Source: Ignisphaera aggregans DSM 17230
GTDB taxonomy: Archaea; Thermoproteota; Thermoprotei_A; Sulfolobales; Ignisphaeraceae
NCBI GenBank assembly: GCA_000145985.1
Contig: CP002098.1
Location: 1,241,123 to 1,273,122 of the forward strand
Direction: 5' to 3'
DNA length: 32,000 nt
Positions 1 through 6,651 of the stretch are shown in pieces. The translations under genes were made by a program, and so were the position numbers. The notes beneath the pieces are model-generated. The model was not told the origin of the DNA, did not search any database, and was given only the letters and a program-made list of their open reading frames with translations. How positions within the stretch are numbered: the stretch's first letter is position 1; the number at the start of each line of letters is the position of its first letter.

Positions 1-175
1 TATGAAGAACATCTACACCTAGAGATCTCAACTCATCTATGCTATATCTAAGTTCATAGCTATGAACCAAAACTACAACATCACTAAAAACACTAGCTAT
101 ATGAATAACATCGCTATCCAATGGCATTGGAGAAAAAGTTGCAAAATCATCAACAAACCTAGGATTTAAAACCAT
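1..175 (-). CDS. hypothetical protein, N-terminal part only (gene runs off the left edge)
   Basis: The reverse strand has ATG at 175-173, then an open frame to position 1: MVLNPRFVDDFATFSPMPLDSDVIHIASVFSDVVVLVHSYELRYSIDELRSLGVDVLH. It is absent from the ORF track because there is no stop in the window. No recognisable motif. Confidence 0.3.
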   Translation of the reverse strand, partial: MVLNPRFVDDFATFSPMPLDSDVIHIASVFSDVVVLVHSYELRYSIDELRSLGVDVLH

Positions 176-684
176 ATATACCTTATACAGCTAAAAACCA
201 TTCATATAGGGTCTAGCTATATACTATCAACTAAATCAGACAGCCTTTAATTCGTCTCCATTTATTAGCCCTACTCAACTTTCAGCTCATCTATAGAATT
301 TTCCTAGGAATAGCAATCCTATGTAGGTAAGCTAGAGTGTTTCAATATGGTGGATCTATATGCTTGGGGGTAGCCGTAAGATTTTCTTAATTGTCTATTC
401 TAGTAGTTGTTTGAATAGAAATGACTAAAAGAGGTGTGGTATGTATATAAAGGTGGAATAAGTTCATTAGCCATATTAATAGGAATCATAGTCATCATAG
501 CTGTTGTAGCTACCATAACACTCATACTTATAATCAAAAGATAAATCACTTAAACCAAATATTTTTAAATCCAATAAAGACTCTAATAACAAATATCTAT
601 CTTCTAGAAGAGAACCCCCAAACCAAATTATCAATAACCCTAACAGGAAAACCTCTATAGCATTCCCCAAAAGTTTTTCTATAC

Positions 685-1416
685 CTAGCTGAGAATCCTT
701 GAGAAATCAGGTTTATAGTAATCTCCCGTTGCTTTCAGAACCCATATGTTGTGTTTCTCTGCTTTTTCTACTAGTTCTGGTAGTGCTAGGCTTGTGTATA
801 TGACTAGAATTGTTTTTTGTCTCAATTTATCTGGATATCTCTTCCTAAGATCCTTAACCTTGTCTAGAAGTTCTTCGAGGATATTTGCACTTGCCCTAAC
901 ACTTGCTTCTCCAACAATGCATATATCGTCTCTACATCCATAGATATTGATCTCCATATCGGGTAGATGGAGAGATTTCAACTCTATATCTATACCAAGC
1001 TCATTCCTAAGCCTATACCTAATAATAGACCTAGCCTCCTCCTCAATATCCAAGGTAAGCTTCTCCAAAGTCCTCTCAACCCTACCCAACCTAGCATTCA
1101 TATTATCCAGCCTCTCCTCAACAGCCTCAAACCTTTTATCTATCTCCTCAAACCTCTTCTCAAATAACTGGATAGCTCTATTGAAATCCTCTCTAAGCTT
1201 GGCCAACTCTATATCATGTCTTTCGAATCCTCTATTCATATCCTCTCTTAATCTTGCAATTTCCTCCCATATCCTCTTAAGCTCCTCCTCATGTCTATCA
1301 AGTCTCTTGAGAATCTCTCCCAAACCTATAAGACCAGCTACAGCATATCGAAACTCTATATCCTCCTCCAAAAGCTTCAACAACCTTGCCCTAAGCTCAG
1401 CTGTCTCTATAGACAA
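685..1416 (-). CDS. coiled-coil protein with a C-terminal restriction-endonuclease-like (PD-(D/E)xK-type) domain; resembles the archaeal DUF3782-type family from memory
   Basis: 243-aa ORF. The N-terminal ~130 aa are heptad-like and E/R/L-rich (EELKRIWEEIARLREDMNRGFERHDIELAKLREDFNR...). The C-terminal block DMEINIYGCRDDICIVGEASVRA...ILVIYTS looks like a nuclease-fold core. The three + strand ORFs over it are low-complexity shadows. Confidence 0.6.
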   Translation of the reverse strand: MSIETAELRARLLKLLEEDIEFRYAVAGLIGLGEILKRLDRHEEELKRIWEEIARLREDMNRGFERHDIELAKLREDFNRAIQLFEKRFEEIDKRFEAVEERLDNMNARLGRVERTLEKLTLDIEEEARSIIRYRLRNELGIDIELKSLHLPDMEINIYGCRDDICIVGEASVRASANILEELLDKVKDLRKRYPDKLRQKTILVIYTSLALPELVEKAEKHNIWVLKATGDYYKPDFSRILS

Positions 1417-1483
1417 TGTTACTCAACCTCTAAGAAAAGATAAGCTAGAAATGCTTAATAAACATTCTTGTCTACAACAATAA

Positions 1484-1840
1484 TAGAATCTATCCATATA
1501 AACAAGACATAGTGCAACATACTATTCTATTAAAAGACTCTACACCTCCTGCAAAACCTCTAAAGAAGGGATTTCTAGAATATGAAAAGAATGGAAAGAG
1601 TTATGAATATACACCAACAAACCTGGCAAAAATGTTGCTATAACAATCAACTCTTTTCTCATTAGAACACCCATGTTATGGTTATTGTGTCTTCACAATT
1701 AGTACTGTTTCATTATTTCTATTCTTTTTCATTAGAACATCATTGTTATCGCTAATCAATGACTCTACGAATGTTCCAATAATATCCATTGGTAATGAAA
1801 TCATATAGACTTATAAACAGATATATAAACATAATACTCG
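1484..1840 (+). promoter_or_regulatory. putative CRISPR leader with a TATA-like box just upstream of repeat 1
   Basis: AT-rich, ORF-free stretch directly 5' of the first repeat. TTATAAACAGATATATAAAC lies at 1811-1830, 11 nt before repeat 1. A direct-repeat motif recurs about every 70 nt (1651-1681, 1721-1751, weaker at 1801). Degenerate repeats lie at the opposite end of the array. Confidence 0.5.
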
Positions 1841-4142
1841 GAAACTCCCAAAAGGGAGTAGAAAGGACTTTTGCCATGATTTTCCAGATTTTTGCGATAG
1901 AGATAGAAACTCCCAAAAGGGAGTAGAAAGATGGCTGAAAACGCATCGATTAACGCTGCAAGTGATGATACAGAAACTCCCAAAAGGGAGTAGAAAGATC
2001 CCGCAGTATACTACAGTAGTTTGTCAGCATGGGTATATGGATACCTAATGAAACTCCCAAAAGGGAGTAGAAAGGTCAAGATAATGCCGAAGATTAGGAA
2101 GACGAGGAAGCTCTACAGAAACTCCCAAAAGGGAGTAGAAAGAATGACGTTTAAGTATCCAAGCTTTGATAAACTCTGGCAGTTCTGAAACTCCCAAAAG
2201 GGAGTAGAAAGTCTTCTTATACTGATCTAGATACATCATAAGTATTGTCTCTAGCGAAACTCCCAAAAGGGAGTAGAAAGACCTCTAACACTCTTCCACC
2301 TATCAACCCATGTCTCTCAAGAGGAAACTCCCAAAAGGGAGTAGAAAGACTGAAATATTGTATACAATATGAATAGCCATATATACAATGCAACTGTAGC
2401 CAGAAACTCCCAAAAGGGAGTAGAAAGATACGATCCTGACTGTGTGGATCTAGATTGCTACTACGAGGAAACTCCCAAAAGGGAGTAGAAAGATCACAGA
2501 CGCAATGTCTATCGCATAATCTTCGCAGAGTCCTGCAGAAACTCCCAAAAGGGAGTAGAAAGTATCTATCACATAAAGCCTTGAGGCTACCAGCGCTTGT
2601 AGCGAAGTGAAACTCCCAAAAGGGAGTAGAAAGTATACAACTCTGTGTTTAGTGCTACATTTGATATTGCTGTTGTGAAACTCCCAAAAGGGAGTAGAAA
2701 GATGTTATACTTTGTGAAATAGTGTCTCTTCCCCCACTTTGGAGGAAGACCTGGAAACTCCCAAAAGGGAGTAGAAAGTAGGAGGAGGGAACATGACTAC
2801 TGTATTAAGATCAACGACGCTGTCTACGGAAACTCCCAAAAGGGAGTAGAAAGAGAGGACTCGGTCTATGAAGATCGCTGAGTGGAATTCTCCCTTCTTA
2901 AGAAACTCCCAAAAGGGAGTAGAAAGGTGAATATCACTAGGATTGAATCGCTCGACACGTGGCTCTGGATAGTCAGGAAACTCCCAAAAGGGAGTAGAAA
3001 GCTTTCTCACAGCTGTGATCATGGTGAGTATGGATTGTGGTATATAATCTGAAACTCCCAAAAGGGAGTAGAAAGCATCTTAGAGCTGCTGCTATTCTAG
3101 CCATTATGTCTACTCCAGCCTTGAAACTCCCAAAAGGGAGTAGAAAGGTTGAAAGAGATAGACAGAACTCATGATACGGCATACTATGCGAAACTCCCAA
3201 AAGGGAGTAGAAAGGTATAGTCCATGACATTCTTACAATTAGATCAGTATTTGTCGGTAGCCGAAACTCCCAAAAGGGAGTAGAAAGCTTAAAGAAATAC
3301 ATCTTCACATCACTTGCAAAAGCCTCTGGAGACCTTATGAAACTCCCAAAAGGGAGTAGAAAGGTCTGGGGAAATATAGCGTATTATATCAGGAAGCTTG
3401 GGATGAAACTCCCAAAAGGGAGTAGAAAGTTGTGATGTTCTTTAGATGTGATACGAACTGCTTTGTTGTTAGAGAGAAGGAAACTCCCAAAAGGGAGTAG
3501 AAAGATATATATTATATTAGGTAGAGAGAATAGTTTCTGTCGGGTCTGAAACTCCCAAAAGGGAGTAGAAAGTTATTGGACTTATATATACTGGAAAAGC
3601 ATCTTTCTCATAATCAAACATGAAACTCCCAAAAGGGAGTAGAAAGAGAGAACCATGTTGAAAGCTCCTGCATTCTAGCATATACCCATCCCTGGAAACT
3701 CCCAAAAGGGAGTAGAAAGCTTTCTCACAGCTGTGAGCATGGATTGTGGTATGTATTCCTGTGGGAAACTCCCAAAAGGGAGTAGAAAGAGATAGCAAAG
3801 TTTAAACTGATAAACATGATTATTGGAGCATGAAACTCCCAAAAGGGAGTAGAAAGCTTCCTTAGCATCTTTGTATTCCATAACATCTTTCAAAGCATTG
3901 AAACTCCCAAAAGGGAGTAGAAAGATCCCTATGATAGCCATTGCAATCAACAGCCATTCCAATCCTATACCACGAAACTCCCAAAAGGGAGTAGAAAGAT
4001 AAATCTATCTAGCCTAATTCCCGACTTATCTGACATTCTAGGAAAGAAACTCCCAAAAGGGAGTAGAAAGTCTACAGAACACTATGTATTAGTGCCAATA
4101 GAAACCTTGGTAGATGTGAAACTCCCAAAAGGGAGTAGAAAG
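1841..4142 (+). CRISPR. CRISPR array: 33 x 25-bp repeat GAAACTCCCAAAAGGGAGTAGAAAG, 32 unique spacers of 40-54 bp
   Basis: Repeats were counted by hand, starting at 1841, 1906, 1973, 2050, 2118 ... 3974, 4046, 4118, and every copy checked is identical. The repeat contains a perfect 6-bp palindrome ACTCCC-AAAA-GGGAGT. The + orientation is inferred from the 3' ...AGAAAG end, which resembles the Sulfolobus repeat GATTAATCCCAAAAGGAATTGAAAG recalled from memory, and from the position of the leader and degenerate repeats. Confidence 0.97.
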
Positions 4143-4515
4143 ACTTATATTATGTAGGTAAGTAATCATGAGTTTGTGCGGTTCCACTGTACTACTACAT
4201 TGTTACCTTCGAGTGTTTGAATCCGCTAGCCCCAGACTGGGTACTCGTAGGATATTGTTGCGGTATTTTTGTATTTGACAGTAGCGTCATGCGTAGCGGC
4301 ATGTGTATTTACTGGAGCAGGTGGATGTATATATTGGCATACTCGGGGGTGCTGCCAGTATATTGGGATCGCTAAATGCTTGTTATCAGAACTGTCCAGT
4401 AATGGATGTTTGTTTAAAAGTATTGTGGATATTTGGGTGGATAGCTATAGCATGCGCCAGGCTCTGGTAAAATTTAAAACCTTTTTAATTTAAATTTTTA
4501 GAAGGGTGAGATGAT

Positions 4516-4839
4516 ATGACTCTGCTCGGGGATCTACTTGCACAGAGGCAGATATGGGCAATTGTGGGTCTGACGATTGGTACTGCTAGTCTCCTATTCC
4601 TGATCTTATTCAGATCCCGGATAATAGTTCAGAACCGGCCAGGATCGAAGACGGCCTGGATCCTGCTGATCGAAATGGCGGTTTATAACATAGTGCTGGG
4701 CGCTTTGCACGGTCTCTCTCTGTACGGAGTCAACACGTGGATTGCATGGGGTTTGGCTGGATGGCTTTTCTTCTCTGCTATGTTGGCAACTATTATTGTC
4801 CTCTTGATTAATATATCAAGGGGCTCAAAGCATGGCTAA
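4516..4839 (+). CDS. small integral membrane protein (about 3 TM helices), unknown function
   Basis: 107-aa ORF with ATG preceded by GGGTGAGATGAT (SD-like GGTGA). Hydrophobic segments: IWAIVGLTIGTASLLFLILF, AWILLIEMAVYNIVLGALHGL, IAWGLAGWLFFSAMLATIIVLLI. G+C is higher than in the flanking genes. Confidence 0.6.
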   Translation: MTLLGDLLAQRQIWAIVGLTIGTASLLFLILFRSRIIVQNRPGSKTAWILLIEMAVYNIVLGALHGLSLYGVNTWIAWGLAGWLFFSAMLATIIVLLINISRGSKHG

Positions 4840-5113
4840 AGGATCCGCAATGCAGCAGTATTTCCCCATACCGCATCTCTCAGCTTTTACAATCGGATTT
4901 GTATACTTCTTCGTCTCAGTGAAAACAATTGAAATTTCTACAATTGACAATAGATTACTACTGTCACTTTTAAATTTCGTATTAATATCAATCCTAATTA
5001 TAATGCTAAGAAGATTCGGAAAGAATATTAGAGATGGTCTAATTATCACAGCATCACTCTTATCTGGCATCCTATTGGGATACCTTATATCTTCAGCTTT
5101 TTTGTGGAGATGA
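4832..5113 (+). CDS. small integral membrane protein (about 3 TM helices), unknown function
   Basis: 93-aa ORF whose ATG overlaps the stop of the upstream gene (ATGGCTAA, 8-nt overlap), implying translational coupling. Hydrophobic segments: LSAFTIGFVYFFVSV, LLLSLLNFVLISILIIML, LIITASLLSGILLGYLISSAFL. Confidence 0.55.
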   Translation: MAKGSAMQQYFPIPHLSAFTIGFVYFFVSVKTIEISTIDNRLLLSLLNFVLISILIIMLRRFGKNIRDGLIITASLLSGILLGYLISSAFLWR

Positions 5114-5128
5114 GATGTGTGCTACACA

Positions 5129-5152
5129 GAAACTTCCAAAAGGAGTAGAAAG
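5129..5152 (+). repeat. degenerate orphan CRISPR repeat (GAAACTTCCAAAAGGAGTAGAAAG)
   Basis: It differs from the array repeat by one C>T substitution and loss of one G. Both changes fall in the hairpin arms. It lies 986 bp after the last perfect repeat. Confidence 0.85.
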
Positions 5153-5392
5153 ACTTCCTAAGTGAGGTGTATCTGTATGGAGACCAAGACAAAGGGTGTA
5201 GAGGATCGGAGGCTTCAAGTGGAGCTAGGATATGTGAATACCATAGCTAGTAATGTTTCTCTCGCAAGGTAGTATCTATGAGAGTTTGGGAGGGGGAGAT
5301 TAATACCCAGAAAGAGCCTGTATTTCAAAGGAAATTTTTGGAAGAAAAATCTCGATGTTATTCTACCAGTTCTGCTCACTATTGTCGCTGCT

Positions 5393-6052
5393 GTGGGAGT
5401 ATGGATTTCCGAGCCAATCTATGTAAGAAATCATCTCCTTGGAAATTTGATCACTCATATGATCCTAGTAGTACTTGCTTTTTTAGGGACAACTGCCTCC
5501 AACCTTAGTTTAGTTGAAACCGGCATTATTTCACCTAATCCACGGTATAGCCTCTACTGGGGCCTCTATCTTTCGATGAGTGTATGTGTCCCTGCTCTCG
5601 TCTTTATTGGTACTCTTAATACATTGGGGTTAGTCTCGCTTGAGACCAGTAGACTCAGCATATATACACTTACTCGTCCCGAAGTCCTAGTTATTAATTT
5701 TGTGTTTAATGGTCTCTGCGAAGAGCTTTTCTTCAGGGGATATGTACAAGGATCTCTAAACAGATCAATAGGTCATGAGGCATCTCCTATAGTAAGCGGC
5801 ATAATCTTTGGGGCTATACATTTGAATAACTACGTCAATCCCTTTACTGGAAAATATAGCCTTGATACTGGTGCTGTGGTATGGGTGTTATTATGCTGTT
5901 TTATAGGTATATACCTCGGGTTATTGCGTAGAAAGTGTGGCGATATCTATTGTCCTACATTATTTCACGGGTCACTAGATTATACAATGGATGTTATGAG
6001 CATACTTAAATGTCCATCGAATATTTTAAACATGGCTATGGGTGTTGGCTGA
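5393..6052 (+). CDS. CPBP family (CAAX/Abi-type) intramembrane glutamic endopeptidase; N-terminus probably disrupted (possible pseudogene 5278-6052)
   Basis: Motifs are CEELFFRGY (EExxxR), FGAIHL (FxxxH) and LFHGSLD (HxxxD/N), in a multi-TM protein. The listed GTG start at 5393 cuts a predicted TM helix (NLDVILPVLLTIVAAVGVW). The frame is open back to 5282 with no ATG/GTG/TTG, and an ATG at 5278 sits in the adjacent frame. Confidence 0.8.
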   Translation: MGVWISEPIYVRNHLLGNLITHMILVVLAFLGTTASNLSLVETGIISPNPRYSLYWGLYLSMSVCVPALVFIGTLNTLGLVSLETSRLSIYTLTRPEVLVINFVFNGLCEELFFRGYVQGSLNRSIGHEASPIVSGIIFGAIHLNNYVNPFTGKYSLDTGAVVWVLLCCFIGIYLGLLRRKCGDIYCPTLFHGSLDYTMDVMSILKCPSNILNMAMGVG

Positions 6053-6509
6053 ATTATTTTCCTAGCTATAACCTACAGACAGTTTAAAAACTCCAAGGTA
6101 TATCATTAAAATTCGCATATAGGTCATGATAAGCCTATCGTCCTGATTATGAGGATATTCTCCGGCACAAAGCAATAAAAATGTCTTTGGAAGACCTATC
6201 ACCTCGCTACAACACTATATGTCAACTATAATGTCAGTTATTCATCCTCTATAAGGCTTGAGTGGATCAATGTGCTGCCAAGACTTCGCAATAAGCCTTA
6301 GTGGTTTTCTCGTCCTTCTATTTCCAGCTAAGGTTTTTCACCACTTCATCTAACGTACTCCACTCTCTCTAGATCTCTAAATTCACGGCCTACTGCTAGA
6401 AATTATGTATTGAGATGCTTCGCAAACATGTAGACTAGGATGTCTATGATGGATAAGTCACTGTCATGCTTTCTTCAGCTCAAGGCGGTAGTCGAGAGGC
6501 TCTGGCTGA

Positions 6510-6535
6510 GAAACTCCCAAAATTGAGTAAGAGAG
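6510..6535 (+). repeat. strongly degenerate CRISPR repeat remnant (GAAACTCCCAAAATTGAGTAAGAGAG)
   Basis: The first 13 nt are identical to the repeat. GGG>TTG destroys the hairpin, and the 3' end differs by one insertion and one substitution. It lies 1357 bp after the previous remnant, at the point where G+C falls back to the window norm. Confidence 0.6.
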
Positions 6536-6566
6536 GTGTTGTGTTGAGGGCTTTTTTGAGATCTCT

Positions 6567-6586
6567 TTGTTCAAGTTTCTGAACAA
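6567..6586. promoter_or_regulatory. inverted repeat TTGTTCA-N6-TGAACAA upstream of the 6652 gene
   Basis: The 7-bp arms are perfectly complementary. GTTCAAG recurs at 6591-6597. The element sits about 65-85 nt upstream of the GTG start at 6652. Confidence 0.25.
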
Positions 6587-6651
6587 ATATGTTCAAGCAC
6601 TAGGTTTTTAGTTCTTAAAAGCATATAGATGTTATCTAGAGGTGTGAAAAG

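Noticed and set aside
476-670. 64-aa minus-strand ORF (TTG start, C-terminal YGSYNSYDDYDSY). A 37-aa GTG-initiated single-TM peptide also lies on the plus strand at 434-547 (VWYVYKGGISSLAILIGIIVIIAVVATITLILIIKR)
   Set aside because: Both rely on non-ATG starts, are short and have low-complexity segments. I cannot decide between them or support either from sequence alone.
746-1483. Plus-strand ORFs 746-943, 947-1483 and 967-1167
   Set aside because: They are antisense shadows of the 685-1416 gene. They are extremely Ser/Leu/Ile-rich and low-complexity, and the minus-strand product has coherent coiled-coil and domain structure.
1752-3962. Eight minus-strand ORFs of 60-118 aa in the ORF track (1752-1946, 1801-1983, 2045-2266, 2705-3061, 2973-3308, 3517-3798, 3675-3962...) with recurring peptides FYSLLGVS / STPFWEF / LLPFGSF
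   Set aside because: The recurring peptides are the three-frame translations of the reverse-complemented CRISPR repeat. The ORFs are artefacts of the array.
4213-4234. GTGTTTGAATCCGCTAGCCCCA resembles a tRNA T-loop/acceptor 3' end (GTTCGAATCC...), which would suggest an integration att remnant at the start of the foreign segment
   Set aside because: The sequence 5' of the loop (CGAGT) does not pair with CCGCT. No complete T-arm, acceptor stem or upstream tRNA body is present, so the resemblance is too weak.
4825-5070. 81-aa minus-strand ORF overlapping the second small membrane-protein gene
   Set aside because: It is antisense to an ORF that is translationally coupled to its upstream neighbour and has clear TM-helix periodicity. 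The minus-strand product has no such features.
4143-5180. Sequence similarity between the DNA following repeat 33 (ACTTATATTATGTAGGTAAGTAATCATGAG) and that following the remnant at 5152 (ACTTCCTAAGTGAGGTGTATCTGTATGGAG), as evidence for a duplicated trailer
   Set aside because: Beyond the shared ACTT the alignment needs several gaps and mismatches. I cannot distinguish it from chance by eye, so it is mentioned only as a minor point in the cassette finding.
5278-5508. 76-aa Cys-rich ORF (MRVWEGEINTQKEPVFQRKF...CRCCGSMDF...) as an independent gene
   Set aside because: After about 24 codons it runs out of frame across the CPBP coding region. It is more economically explained as the displaced start of the CPBP gene (see the frameshift finding).
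6087-6104. AAAACTCCAAGGTATATC just after the CPBP stop as a possible third degenerate CRISPR repeat
   Set aside because: Only a 7-mer (AAACTCC) plus AAGG match, and gaps are required. Such a 7-mer is expected by chance several times in 32 kb.
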